Below, piece by piece: positions 39,052 through 55,329 of a stretch of 64,000 nt of DNA. Within the stretch, counting starts at the first letter, position 1; every line of letters starts with the position of its first letter. The notes below the pieces were generated by a model. It was not told the DNA's origin, did no database searches, and was given only the letters and a program-made list of their open reading frames with translations. This DNA comes from Octopus vulgaris (lineage: Eukaryota): contig OX597823.1 of the NCBI GenBank assembly GCA_951406725.2, positions 75,826,001 through 75,890,000 of the forward strand. Reading direction: 5' to 3'. The position numbers and the translations under genes are program-made.

Positions 39052-39715
39052 CAGTAGTAGTAGTTGTTGTTGTTGTTGTTGTTGCTGTAGTCATAGTAGG
39101 TATTCATCGGTCTCAAGAGGCCATAAATGTTCACCCAAAGAAATCGTGTCAGCTGCTGATGGTGGTTCAGCCACTGTTGTAAATACACATGCCCTCACAG
39201 AGGTGGCAGTCACGTGTAGAGCGACTGCAGGTGCTGCTGATTTTTTTCCTTTCGTCGAGTGTCTGATGGCGAGTACCTTTTTTTTCATTCGCTCCTTTCA
39301 CTCCCTTCCGCAGTATTTTCCTCCATTATTGGCGATCATTTGCAACCTCTTCTCCTCTCATGACGTCCAGATCAAGCTACTTCATACCCTTCTTACAGAC
39401 ATCTTTGAAACGAAGATGAAGGCGTCCTCATGCATTTGTGCCGGTAGCCAACTCCCCATACAGGAGGTCTTTTGGTATCCTTCCGTCTAGCATGCAATGA
39501 ACATGACCGAGCCAGCGCAACCGAAGATGCTGGAGCAAGATTTCTATGCTAGGTATCTTGGCTCATTTGAAAACTTTGGTTGTGGTGATGTGGTCGATCC
39601 ACTTGATGTGCAAGATGCGTCTTAAATTGCGAAAATGAAAGACGTTGAGATGCTGCCCCTGTCTAGAGTAGAGGCTCCACGTCTCACTGCCATAAAGTAG
39701 CGCACCAAGGACAGA
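38970..39715 (-). mobile_element. RTE-clade (BovB-like) LINE 3' end with (CAA)n(TAC)n tail
   Basis: Minus: LLYGSETWSLYSRQ..LNVFHFRNLRRILHIKW.DHIT...RLRWLGHVHCMLDGRIPKDLLYGEL..G...GR..LRFKDVCK. Microsatellite tail at 38970-39090. Confidence 0.9.
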
Positions 39716-40461
39716 AAATGTTTAGATAGATATCAATCTAGCATAAATAACAGAAAAAAATTATGTGGGAAGTTTCTTAGTTTTTTCACTTCATCCATGG
39801 TCCATGAGTGTCATTTTGTATTCGCTTGCTGTTGTTGAAAATATAATAGAGTTAAGGGCATATTTGAACAGGATACTTATATATGTTTTAACGTGAATTA
39901 TAACATCAATACCGTAGCAGGCGTATTAAACTGCTCAAATGAAACAGCGGTACAATGTTGTTTATAAATAAAAATATAATTATGTGACTGCGTACGTGCG
40001 TATGTGTGTGTGTACGTGCTAGTATGAGGGTACGATATGATCTCATTTGAAAATTACAATTGCGTTGTTGATTAAAATTCTTCAGTGTCGTGGCCAAGCA
40101 CGTCCGCTGTACAATTATTTAAACATGTATAAAATCCAATGTATAAATCGCAGGTTTTATATCTCTCGTGAGGATACCAATTCTCAAGTAAATGACGTTT
40201 TCCCGATAAACAAATTGAAACAACATTTAGCATGTGATTGACTGTTTTTTTTCCGGGTGGTGAGGATTTATTAACTTCCCTTCTTGCATACATTGCTGAG
40301 TGGCTAACAAGAACAGTCTTTGAAGGACAATTTTAGCTGCAAGTTGATTATTCGATTGAATTACTGGATTTGCTGTACATACGTTTTTCTGCGTGTTGCC
40401 CATTCAGTTGCAATTATTTTCCAATTTTCTACAGGAATATTGCATTGCTTTTCGTTATGCG

Positions 40462-40542
<81 letters not shown>

Positions 40543-42222
40543 ATAGCCATGTATGTGTCTATATATATGTATGTATATGCGTATGTATATATATATATAT
40601 ATATATATGTAACTCTACATACATGTGCGCGTGTTTGTGTGTGTGTGTTTCTAGGTGTGTGGAAATTAACATGTTTGTAACGGTTTTTCTTTCCACAGAA
40701 CTTTGCTCGTTACGGATTGAAGCGTAGAAATTCCTGTATGCTGCATGGCAAGTATATAACCTGCCGACCACAATATCACATCTCCAAATTCATATCTCCA
40801 TTTGCAATTCCAGGACATCGGCGTCATTTTCCTATCCTTTCTTAGACATATGTAAAATTTATCAAAGTATTTTTTCTGATATTACTCGAATTGTTAAAAT
40901 TTCTTTCGAATATAACATACATCTACAAAAGCCATACAACATACAAAAGAGAATAAGATCACTGAAAAAATATATTTTACATACGTTTTTATATTTCACA
41001 TTGAGAGCAGTTTGAAGATTGAATTTCTTAAAATAAGTATTTCACTTCTGAATCTTATGTACAATTTCCTTTGTATGTCACTTTATATGTCACATTAAAC
41101 TGATGGAGAAAATGTTTCAAAAAATTCATCAGGTTTCATGTTTTCGAAACGTTGTCAAAACTTTACAGTCAACGGCTGAGAAGTAATAAAGTGTTCTTAA
41201 ACACCTGCTGATGTGCCAAAGTCAAGGCTTTTCTGTACCTATGTGAGCCAGAGAGTGCAATGCAGGCGCTCTTAGAATCAAGGAGGTTATCGTAATTCCT
41301 GAGTTTAAAACTAGATGAAATACTAGACAATAAAAACACAAGATATATATCGGCTTTATAAATGACACCAGTCTGCGCATATCATTACCATCTCCTACAT
41401 ATATAAGTAAAGATAAGAATTTCCCATTTCTCCACTTGTCCCACTGAAGAGAGACAATGAAATATCAAAAGTAAACCATGAACTCTTTACTGTTTCTACT
41501 TCCGTATATTATTTATTTTGCATTTTTAAGAAGTTTTATTTGCTTATAATTCTACGCAATACTTCACTGAAAATACTAAATAATGGGAAAAGTACTATCA
41601 AGAATTATGGAGGGGCCTAGAATGTTATATATTAATTTTATTTTATTCTAAAAGATTTGAATATTTCTTTCATTACACGCGAGGATACCAAAACCCATCA
41701 GCATAGTAAAAGTCGCTATCGGAGATACAAGATATCTCCTTTAGAACTAAGCTGTTGGAGCCTGAATATCTTGTGTGGTAGAGCATATAAATATCGTTAT
41801 AGGTATTCTTTGGAAGGCATTGCAAAAAATAAATATGATAAAATATTTAATACATAAAATAGGAGTTGTTTCTTCCAGCTTTCATTTTCCTCTCTTCATA
41901 TTTACTGACTTCATATGAGTTTCAATGTGAATAAATTTTATTATGTATACTATAATCTTCATATCTTTCAAATTCGAAGCATTGCGTGAGTTTCATGCAT
42001 AATCAGTAGTATTGTACTTTAACTGGTCAATGTTATTTCATCTCAAACGGATGATTTTCTGAATACAATTTTTGAAAACATGCAGGTATGCTCTAAAATA
42101 TCCGACTTGTGGTATCAAATACTGTTAACTGAACATGATGCAAATATAAATTACAAGAATGCGTATCTCTCTCTCCCTCTCTCTTTCTTTCTTCTTTCTT
42201 TCTTTCTTTCTTTCTTCTTTCT

Positions 42223-42283
<61 letters not shown>

Positions 42284-44919
42284 AGAGTATGTGAGCAAGT
42301 GTGTGAGTTTTCGTATACGTATGTGCGTATGTGTCTGTATATCGATCTCGTATGATTATAAATTTGCACGTGCGTTTCTATCAGTATGAGTTCATACACA
42401 CACGCACACATAAATATTACAATACACTACATGGCAACACACAATTTTGCGTGTGCTTGTTTGTGCGTATACACGAGTAACAAGCTCTATATGATAAATG
42501 CTGGTTTCTGCGTAGCTGTTGTTATGAATGAGTGCACACGCATACAATGCACAGGCATTCAGTATACATAGAAACTAGATCGCATGCACATATATAGGCA
42601 GAACCATATATTGTTTTCAGTGCATTTATTTGTATCCATTCATGTGTTTACGTGTGCATGTGTCCTATTTGGAATGCACGTTATTGGGGGTAAGATTAGC
42701 AAAGATTTATGTTCCTCAATCAATATCAATTCTGAAGCACAATTCCATGCATCGCTTGTCTGACATTAACATTCTTCTATCTTTTTTTCTATTCTTGTAT
42801 TCTTCCATTTTCTTTTACACTGCAGTGGTATGATTTTCATCTTTCTGTTTGTTTCATTTCGTTTGAAATCCATATATGTCAATACAGTGGCAGAGCAACA
42901 TCCTTTGTTTAAGCCACTAACTGTTGGGAAACGTATTCATCTTCGGTGGAACATCAATACCAGTGTTTTTCAGTTGATTAGTAAGAACTAGTAAATCTTA
43001 AAGAAAAATATGACCGTAAAATAACATTAAATACCTTTAACTATTACATCACAGTATCTAAAGGGTTAACAGTAATTAATGCAGCATATAACTATGATAT
43101 TAACCCCAGTTCATTTTCAACAGCGAAGAGGAAAGAGTTTGAATAAATGCTGTGTAGTCCAGAGTTTTACCATTTCTGATATTTCCTTTTTTTTAAATAT
43201 ACCATTGTTATTATTACTATACTACTAATATTATTATAACCAGCATTTATGTTTTATTAATGATAACATTCTATATATTTTACTTAATGTGGATATCCTG
43301 TATGACGCCACAAAACTACAGTAACTACTTGAGAGATCTTCTTGTATAGATGCACAGAGCTGAAAAGCACAGCAGCGCACCAGTATCAGAGGAAAAATAG
43401 CCAGCAACAGTAGTAGAATTGCTATATCACAATTTGTAAGAGATATGTTAAAGGCAGAATAGACATCAGCTGCATATGAAAACAGAATGTGTATACTAAG
43501 CTGTATTGAATAAGTGTTTCGAAGTTGGAAACTAGGCTAACGACATTGTGGACAGAAAATTATTCGATACTACGATTGTGAAGAAGAGACTAGCATTATA
43601 TTTCATCGCTTCTGGAAAGCTGTTGTTTTGGATGGTACTTGGACTCAAATCAAAAATACTTTGAATAGATAGAGCGACACCTTTATCAAAACCCCTAGCG
43701 ATTCTGGAATTCAATCACCCTGAAATTGTTTTTAATTACAGGAAAAGGCCATCAAATTTGAGAGGAGGAACAGGTCGCAAACATCTTTTCTAATACAATG
43801 CTGTAAATTCCTATCAAAGTTTGCTGAAGGGCAATTGTGTTCAAACAGATCTCGCGTATCGGGAGTATAATTACATCAAAGTAAACACACTCATAGGTTC
43901 AAATTATCTTTTTTTTTTAGTCATTACAATTCAGCTTGTTAACTCTATAGCTAATTTACTCTTAGCTTGACTAATCTTTTGATAAATCAATAAATCAGCT
44001 TATTTGTAACTCCTCGTTACTGTTTATGACCTGAACGTACCATCTATCTTTTTAATGTGTCACGTTGGATAAGAGACGAAAATAAATTGATGGATTCCCG
44101 AATGGCAATGAAAGGACTTTCATATATTTAAAAAAAAAACCTGTTTTTTCGACTGATTAAACGATTATACTACCAATCAATGTGTAATTAGTTAATCAGT
44201 TAACTATTTGAGTCATAATAGAAACAAGTAAAACCTTATCCATGATTTTATGAGAAACATTAACTGCCAAGGTTACAACACGTTCACACTCGCAAAAAAG
44301 ATCTCGAACACATTCTCGAATACGGGTGAGTGTGTGTGTATGGGAGGGGTGCCTATGTAAGGGAAAATTCAAAGTTCCCTTGCATTAATCATGTGACATA
44401 ATGACCCTAATTATACGATTCCATTCTACATCACCACCCCTCTCTCAAAATGAAAAACTCAGCAAATTCAGTCTCTTTGCGGAGGGGATCTCACTTCCAT
44501 CGCAGACAGGATAATCCTTACAAGAGATATGTTCTCTTTCGTATATTATCTCATCGAGTCTCAAAATTTCAATTTCAACTACTTTTTCAAGGTGGTTGAT
44601 ACCACTGATTGGCATCAGCTCCTTAGATTCGTAAGTGAGTCGAGTAGGATCGCTGCGAAGCGACTGTTCCATTATAGTTCGAATCTCATTGTTCATATCC
44701 TGCCTGTTAGCCTCTTCATTCTGTATTATCTGTATTTTTATCGTTGATTGCAGTTGCATGAGCGAGTTTCATGCTTTGCTCGTTCCTGCAAACGTATGCC
44801 AGAATATTTTTGATCAATTCCCATTTGCATGGGTATGATCTTGTTTTCCACCTTTTCCTTTCCCTTGGATAACACTGGTAGTGTGGAAGGGGGAGACCGG
44901 TATGCATGGGCGACTGCTG

Positions 44920-45050
44920 GTCTTCCATAAACAACCTTGCCCGGATACAGCTTGGTACCTATGATGTTGGAACTCATTTCTACAGCTGAGTGAATTGGAG
45001 CAACGTGAAATAAAGTGTCTTGCTCACGAACACATCATAACGAACTTGGA
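44920..45050 (-). mobile_element. SINE core fragment
   Basis: ctcatttctacagctgagtgaattggagcaacgtgaaataaagtgtcttgctca resembles the reverse complement of the family D middle. Confidence 0.6.
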
Positions 45051-46079
45051 ATTGAATAATAGCAGAAACGTGAAAAACCTGAGAAGGTAGCGTATAGAAA
45101 ACAGAGACAGTACAAAACGGAAAGCAGAAAAAGAACAACAGAGACTAAAATGTAAAAAAAATAATAAGTAAAAAGGCGAAAGGGCTATCCTTCTTAGACC
45201 TTAAATAATAAGGCTGGAAAGATATCAAGTCAGTCAGGAATTTGTATGTGAGTGGTAATTCTGAGAAGAAACATATACAGACCAACTGTCTTAACTCTCA
45301 TAAGAAACATGTATACAGCGATAAGAGCAAAAGTTTAATTACGTTTCTTATATTTCTCATTAGGCAAAACAAATTCTATTTCCTTTGGTTTATCATTAAG
45401 TTTCAATATTATTTAACGTTTGTGTTTGTATTTCGTGTTTATGCATGTTTGTGTTATTATTTCTTGCTTATAAGGCGGCGAGCTGGCAGAAACGTTAGCA
45501 CGCCGCTAAAACAAAAATTCCAAATAGCAACTATTTGGAATTTCAGTTTTAGAACCTTGTACCTTTCATGTTTCTGTGCTATTCTTCACCCTAACTGAAC
45601 TGTTTCTATGTTTTCTAATCCATTTCCCAAGTCTACAGGTTTTTTTCCCATCAAATTAAGCTGTTCTGTTACACAAAAAGTTGCGTCCTAAAGTTATCTA
45701 AAGCAGTACAATTCCACATCGAATACAGATCATTTTTGCATCACTTAGCACAATTAATAAACGCCGCTAATTTATGAAAGGAACGGTACTTCGTGCGTCT
45801 TTCAGAAAAAAAAAATCATTTGTTGCTGATTAAATGATGCTCGTTAATTGCTTTCCGATACTCCGTATATCTTTCGGCTTAGATTTTTTAAACACTTAAC
45901 AAACGTGTGAACATATCTTGCACATATTTCATATTCTAGACATTTATAAAAATAGGAAATAGAACTATTTCCAATTTTACAAATAATGATAAATGATGAA
46001 ATAGAGAAAGCAAAATGGGTATGCAATTCTACAGTCAAATATATACCAGAAACAGACGCTTTTACAATACGCCATTAGG

Positions 46080-47020
<941 letters not shown>

Positions 47021-47140
47021 TTATAGCTATACCTATATGTATATTAGATATACACATATCTTTCAGATATCATTTAATGGACACAAAACTTATATAACAT
47101 ATATAATATATAATATATATAATATATAATACATATAATA

Positions 47141-47204
<64 letters not shown>

Positions 47205-47606
47205 ATACATATATGAACCAACTTCACGGCAGGAGATGCAGATGAGGGCAGCTGCATCGAGCTCTCTCATGCACCAAATGGCAATTGCTAAAAAGCATTC
47301 GTGAAGTAAAATCTTGTAGCAACACCAAATGGCGGTGCCCCAGCATGGCCACAGCTTGTGAGCTGAAACTAGATAAAAATTTGAATAAATAAATAAATAA
47401 AATAAAATATTAGCTACTTTAGATATCATGCTCAGAATCTTTTATTGCCCGACGCATTTATATAAGATATATCCTCTGAATTGAGGTTTTATTTACTGAA
47501 CAAATCAAGAGCTGAACACTGCACTGTATATTTTATATATACGTTTATATATTCGTATACATGTAATTATTTCTGTGTTTTGGCGGGGAGGGATTTTGTG
47601 TGAATG

Positions 47607-47723
<117 letters not shown>

Positions 47724-48554
47724 TTTATAAGCAAATCTTTACATTCTTGCGTATTTTACACTCTGCATAGACCATTGTGTAAAACCTTCGCATTTTTTAT
47801 GATTTCTAAAAATTTTATTGACAACTTTAATCTGCAATGATAGAAAAATCAATATTTTTTAAATAAATACATTGCTTAAATATTTACACTTGAAATTGTG
47901 TAATAAATTTTGCTTGGTTTAAAAATTAATTGTCATAAAATTGTAAATGCATGTTTAAATTGTTAATCACCATGCAAATCAAAATATTAATTTAATTTAT
48001 TAAATTTAAGCAATGAAATTCAAAGCACCTTTCTATACTTGACTTTTAGAAATGGCATATGAAAATATATTTTCAAAGTGTACGCACTTTTACAGTCCTC
48101 CAAGGAATGAGAGATTCAACATTTAATTCCTTGGTCCTGCGATCAGTTTTTGGTAAGGCAAATGCAAAGTTTGTTTTGCAGAATACTCATGGATTCATCA
48201 ATTCCCAGTGTATTGTATTTCCCACATACATTCCATGGCTTCCTGTTATAACGAAATTCGAACACGTGACGTATCATGACAAGCGAATAAACAGCACCTA
48301 TGTATAAATCATGTTTTTATTGCTTTCAGAAAATGATATTGTCCTGGTATTTAGTCGACTAACCATTTCATTATAAACCATCAATCGAGTGATTTAGTAG
48401 ATTCATTGAGTTTTTTTTTAATATCTGTTTAAATACTTGAGTTTCTGGGAGACCAAATTACTTCAAGATGTTTTGCACAGCACAAGTATGAACAAATTTA
48501 TACCCATTTACATATATATCCCAGCATCCATAGACACACATGCACACACACACT

Positions 48555-48603
<49 letters not shown>

Positions 48604-48690
48604 TGCATGTATGTATGCATGTATGCATATATGTATATACATATACATATAGATATATATATATATATACATGTATATATGTATATATAC

Positions 48691-48731
<41 letters not shown>

Positions 48732-48780
48732 ATATACAGACATACACAAACACATATACATATGTGTATAATATGATATA

Positions 48781-48952
48781 GGCGTTTTATACATATAGGC
48801 GCAGTCATGGCACTGTGTTACGAAGCTTAATTTCCACCAACATGGTTCGGGTTTAGTTTCACTGTGTGTCACCTCGAGCAGGTGTCTTCTACGATATCAT
48901 CGCACTATTGTTAGAGGATTTGGCAGGCGGAAACTGAAAGACACCCGTCGTA
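48781..48952 (+). mobile_element. SINE family A, 5' half
   Basis: ggcgcagtcatggcactgtgttacgaagc...catggttcggg...cggaaactgaaagacacccgtcg. Confidence 0.75.
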
Positions 48953-49659
48953 TACATATATGCATATATCGGTTTCTGCATTTGTGCAAAAGAGTAAAAG
49001 AGGAAAAGTACTGTTATGAATTCTGCTGTACATTTATTATCGAAATAAAGCGATCTCAGTGTTTACATAGGCACGAAGTAACTTCTGGGCAGGAAATAAA
49101 CTAAAGCGAAATCAAACCATGGGTGTGGTCAGTACGTGGACGTTGACAACTAGAATATTTCACTCATATTTCTGATGCTGTAGAAAATATATCACCCTAC
49201 TGATGAATTATTAAAAATCAGAAAATTGGCAAACTGCACCAAGAAGACCTTTCTCGCTTTGAAGTAGTCATTCTCAAAAGATCATTTCTTTAAAAATACC
49301 AACGTCGAAATAAATCTCCAAAAATGATACTGTCGTGCCACATAACGCCACCAGAATATCTGTTGTTTTGTCTACTAACAATTACAACGAAATCTATAGC
49401 TCATCATGCATTTGAAGAAGTCATCGTTCACATAAATCGCTCACATAAATCTATGCCTAAAGGAAGAATGGAAATAATTTATTCTGGCAAAGAATTTTAG
49501 ATTATAATGGTTATTATTTCCCGAAATATAATTATTTTCTAAATTAACATACCAGGCCTTAACATTCATCATTATAAATCTCGATTATTTTTATAATTTT
49601 TGTACCAACTTGAGAGACACACGTATTTGCATGAGTGTATACACGCGTACACGCACATT

Positions 49660-49695
<36 letters not shown>

Positions 49696-50289
49696 TAAAT
49701 ATATATTCATACTTACATATATATTTTAATATATATATGAATGAATGTATGTGTGTACTAATATGTATAGATAAGTGTGTTTATGTTTAGGAATATATAT
49801 ATGTATGTTTGTGTATGTGAGTGTGTGTGTGTATGTATTGCTATGCATGCATACATTTTTTCACAAGTGTATGCATGTAGGTAAAAGATTTTTTATTAGA
49901 CAATTCTAAAGAATTTTTAAGTAATTGAAATTTAAACTATAATTAAAAGAGCACTCATTAGCCTCGTTCACTTTCTCAAGGAAGCCCAAAGAAAGAGTTT
50001 GAATTGAATTTCATTAAAAAATAATTTTAGACATGCATTAAGGAGTGAGATTGATCTTGGTACGTATGATGAATTGTACAATAATAATTTATTTTTTCTT
50101 TACGGATCTTAATTTCATTCCAGTGATAAATATTGACGTATATACAGAATACAAGGTAGCTCACACATACCCATGATTTTACTACATATATCTGCATAGA
50201 TTTAGATAACGCATTCAGTGAATACTTATCAAATGTATATACATATATGTACATATGTGTGTGTGTGTAAATGTAAATAAATAAATATA

Positions 50290-50690
<401 letters not shown>

Positions 50691-51164
50691 TAAATATATA
50701 TATATAGAGAGAGGAGGGAAGTATATATACTTATGTATCTATACATAAGTGTATATATATATACATATATTACCGAAGCTCTATTGTGTGGTAAAGTGTC
50801 TTCTCTGTATGTGTACATAGTATTCATTAGAAATCCCATTCATTGAATATCAGCATTTATTTTTGAATTCGGTTATATTTCGGTGTTCTTTCTGGTGGCT
50901 TCTTACCCAAAATTACGTTTAACGCTGATTATTGGGTTACGATAGATTTAAATTAAATACTTTAAAATATTATGATTTACTTTGCTATGATAAAAAGCAG
51001 TGAAAATTTAAATGAAATAAATACAGAGGATTTCGGAAATATTTCATGCACATCTATTCATTTTCCATACAAAGACGTGGATATATATATATATATACAT
51101 AGCGGATCTATTTCTAGCATAATGGCTGTCCACGTACTTGTCATCCCACTTATATTCTTTTATT

Positions 51165-51330
51165 CTTTTATTTTATTTACTTGTTTCAGTCATTTAACTG
51201 TGGTCATGCTGGAGCACCGCTTTTAGTTGACCAAATCGAACCCAGGACTTAATCTTTGTAAGCCTAGTACTTATTCTATCGGACTCTTTTGCCGAACCGC
51301 TAAGTTACGGTTACGTAAACACACCAGCAT
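51165..51330 (-). mobile_element. SINE family A, 3' part
   Basis: Reverse complement of the family A tail (ttgccgaaccgctaagttacg). Confidence 0.85.
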
Positions 51331-51651
51331 ATTTCTACTTTCAGCTCAGTGATTGTGTATCACTAAGAAAACTATATATTTGACCGATGAATGCAGCAAC
51401 GCCAGCAAGCCAAGACGCTATTATGTGTTGAAAAAGAGCAATAATCCAGAAACCGATCCACAGATGTTGTTTTGCGCTAGATGGGAGTGCAGAACTCCCT
51501 GTTCGAATATATAAGGAGATAGATATTGTGTCGTATAGCCAGCTAGAAAAGATGTTTCCTGGGGCTAAACAACAGTAACATTCTCCCTTCCAGGACAGGA
51601 CAACCACATTATATTGGCAAATAGCCTTTACTTTTAGGAATAATAATATTT

Positions 51652-51689
<38 letters not shown>

Positions 51690-51780
51690 AAAGGGAAAGT
51701 ATACGAAAATAAACAAGAGACGAAGGCAGGTGGTGTACAAACAAACAGATGTATTAGTATGGCGCTCAGGAATAGAAAAT

Positions 51781-51820
51781 GTCTTTTACGTTTCGAGCCT
51801 ACGCTCTTCTACAGAAAGAT
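51781..51820 (-). ncRNA. Minimal hammerhead variant in a short PLE-type tail (51690-51875) next to (TA)n
   Basis: Minus: atcttt CTGTAGAA GAGC gtag GCTC GAAAC GTA aaagac. Stems I and II paired, ACGT palindrome, non-canonical 8-nt core. Confidence 0.6.
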
Positions 51821-52182
51821 ACACAGAAAAGAAACAAGGAGAGAAAAAATGTGTGTAGTAGCTAACGATCTATCAAGACGTACAAGTCAATATTTATATG
51901 AGCAGTGCGATGTTCTCATTATTAACTTTATCTTTTCAGAGTTTCCCTAGAACTGAAAACCAGCTCTGGAAGTTTTGACGGTCCATATACGAATACGTAT
52001 ATATAAATGATGCTTTAAAAGAGTTGAAAATAAATATAATGGCTGTATATATATACATTTCATTAATACTACATCCAACCCACCAGCTAACCACGAACGC
52101 GTTGCTTAAATACTTAAATACCCACAGCGTTTAGCGGTGTAACATTATTGGATAGAGCAATCTGTATATCAAACACAATCGT

Positions 52183-52621
52183 GGCGCAGGAGTGGCTTAG
52201 GCGTAGGAGTGGCTGTGTGGTATGTAGCTTGCTAACCAACCACATGGTTCCGGGTTCAGTCCCACTGCGTGGCATCTTGGGCAAGTGTCTTCTGCTATAG
52301 CTCCGGGCCGACCAATGCCTTGTGAGTGGATTTGGTAGACGGAAACTGAAAGAAGCCTGTCGTATATATGTATATATATGTGTATATGTGTGTGTGTATG
52401 TGTTACTGTGTCTGTGTTTGTCCCTCTAGCATTGCTTGACAACCGATGCTGGTGTGTTTACGTCCCCGTTACTTAGCAGTTCGGCAAAAGAGACCGATAT
52501 AATAAGTACTGGGCTTACAAAGAATAAGTCCCGGGGTTGATTTGCTCGACTAAAGGCGGTGCTCCAACATGGCCGCAGTCAAATGACTGAAACAAGTAAA
52601 CGAGTAAAAGAGTAAAAGAGT
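52183..52621 (+). mobile_element. SINE family A, full length, least diverged copy
   Basis: Head ggcgcaggagtggc (locally duplicated), B-box-like gggttcagtccc, internal (TA/TG)n and (GAGTAAAA)n tail. Confidence 0.92.
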
Positions 52622-53564
52622 GGCAGTTGATACGTAAATTTTAATTGCTAGCAAGGACACAGCATTTCGCTGTATGTATATTCATATTTATACGCAAATA
52701 AACACTTAAGCGTTAACACATACGCCCATTACACACAAATACATGCGTACACACGCAACAACACACACACAGACGCACATACACACGTAGAGATATTTAT
52801 TCACGCACACGTACACACATGTAAGTTAGTATCTTATTCTGAAAATAATTATCCTTCTTAGACTAATTTATTCATTGCTACAGGGCAGTGATATATGGCA
52901 TCTAACTTAGTTTTTCTTTAAATAAACAAGCAATGATGGTAAGAATACAGAGAGTAATTGCTTAACAGTAAACACAGTAGACCACAAACCAAGCAAAACG
53001 TTTTGGAATTATACATTTCACTGCCATCATCCAAAACGTGATCGCCGTCATCCTGGCAAACCATAATGGTCATTGTCGTCGTCGAAGTCATCATCATCAT
53101 CATCATCATCACCATCATCATTATCACGGAACGGAATAATAATCATTCAAGCAACGGAACAAACAAAACAGTAAGCAGCAGCAGCAACAGTAGCAACAAC
53201 AACAACAACACCAACATCAGCAGCACTGCACTGCACTCACAATAGTAACAACAACAACAATAAAGAACCCCCCCCCCACCTGCCAGCCAATATGGAAAGC
53301 TCTCACTCTAAAGCAAATGAACTAGTGATGAGTAACATAGAGGATCATGTATTTGCCTTCAGCAAAATGCTCTCTTATCGCTGTTCTCTCATGTATTGCA
53401 ATCATCTTAAGATACAAAAAGCATCGCTAAGTCGTGCACTGCAGTAAATTGAATAAAGCAGTCCTCCGCTAAATCAATCACACATGGATTGTTGAAAATA
53501 AGAGCAGCCATGCTGATACCGGTATTTGATGAAGAAGGCGATTGTGATGAAAAAGGCTTACTGC

Positions 53565-53683
53565 TGATGGTGGTGGTGGTGGTGGTGGTGCTGGTGGTGG
53601 TGGTGGTCGTCGTCGTGTGGTGGTGATCTGGGTGATGGTTATGGCCAAGAATGTAATGATGACGACGATAGCAATGGTGATGG

Positions 53684-53747
<64 letters not shown>

Positions 53748-54117
53748 GGTGGTGGTGGTGGCGATGGTGATGATGATGATGGTGGTGGTGGTGGTGGTGA
53801 TGGTGGTGTGGTGGTGGTGGTGGTGGTGGTGGTGGTGGTGGTGGTGGTGATGATGGTGATGGTGATGGTGATGATGGTGATGTCGATGATGATAATGATG
53901 ATGATGTTGGTGGTGATGATAATGATGATGATGATGATGATGATGATGATGTCGACGACTAAGGTTATAAATTTGGCGTTGGCGGCGGCTGTGGTGGTTG
54001 GCATTGCGGTGATTATGATAGCGTGATGCTAATAATGACTTTCAATATTGTTCATGATAACGGTGAAGAGGGGTAGGGAATGTTGCAGCTACTGATATTA
54101 CGGTTGCACGACGGCAA

Positions 54118-54152
<35 letters not shown>

Positions 54153-54175
54153 ATGACGATGATGACGACGGTGAT
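53565..54175. repeat. Compound (GGT)n/(GAT)n/(GCC)n/(GAC)n low-complexity tract
   Basis: Direct reading; source of the poly-M/V/W/S/P ORFs. Confidence 0.9.
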
Positions 54176-55329
54176 GGCATCATTGACAATATTGGTAATA
54201 CTGAAGATAAATAGCGAAGAGACCAGCCCATATATAAAATATACTCGGCGGGGATGATGACAACAATGGTGTTTATAACGATGATGGCAATATGACGTGG
54301 ATAATGATGTCCACAACATTTAGCCCAATGCTTGTGTGATTGTGATAACAATGGCCACAGTTGAAGAAACTTGATTGTGATACTAAACATAGTGATGGAG
54401 TGGATAACAGCAGGCAGCGTTGACGCGTGAGCTGATTGAGGCAATAGAAAATTGATAGCATTACTATTTTAGAAAGTGTATTTCTTCCTTTTTCTTCTCT
54501 TCGGGTTTTTTTTTTATATATTCGTCTTTCTTTTACTTTTATTTTATTTCTCTCGTTTTGTTTTCAATTTTCTCCCGTTTATTTTCCACTCAGCACCCAT
54601 ACACCTATCGCTGTTCATTCAGAAGAAAAAGGAAATCCAATATCTTTAACAGGTCAATTCTATTTTCTATAAGGTACAACGCTTTAGTGTTTTGTGTTTT
54701 TACATTTCTTGTTTGGCCGATCAGTTGTTTGATTGCTTCATTATTTCTGAAATTGCCATTCTATTTCAATTTCACTTTGAATAGGGAGAAAAATCTTGGT
54801 TTCATCCGATTAACGTTTTCTACATGTTCAGCTGAAATGGTTGTCAGTGTGAGGTAACAAACCTTGAAAGACTATTTGCCTTCCCTGTCGTACTGGAAAC
54901 TAGCGTTTCATTCTTTACGGAGAGAGAATTAAATATGTTTATTTGTCTTATTTATTATCTTCAGCAATTCTTTATGTGGTATATTTCTGGTCCATTCATT
55001 CCATTTAATTCACGAACACATAAATCATAACACTGAATACATGTTGAACCATTGCACATTTCAGTGATTAAATATCTCGCTTAGAGGAATATAAATTGTA
55101 CTACGGAGGTTCATGTGCGTCATTATACACAAATGCATATAAACTGATATTCACACATACATTTGAATATAGGCACATGCGTACAAGCACATATATATTT
55201 ATTGTACGGTGGACATATAACTGCTTATCAACTGTAAAGTACTTCTTATTTCGAATTAGGAAGGTCGAAACACAACAGTCAAGAGGTCGAAAATGCTACC
55301 GTCTCTGTCGAAGTCTAGTTATTAAATCG

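Noticed and set aside
49095-49155. 5S rRNA-like stretch (gtggtcagtacgtggacgttgac)
   Set aside because: Too short and degenerate for an rRNA call; at most a relic of a 5S-derived SINE.
53565-54175. Low-complexity protein exon (poly-Asp/Gly/His)
   Set aside because: Frame shifts and stops occur within the tract and there is no splice or domain support; treated as a compound microsatellite.
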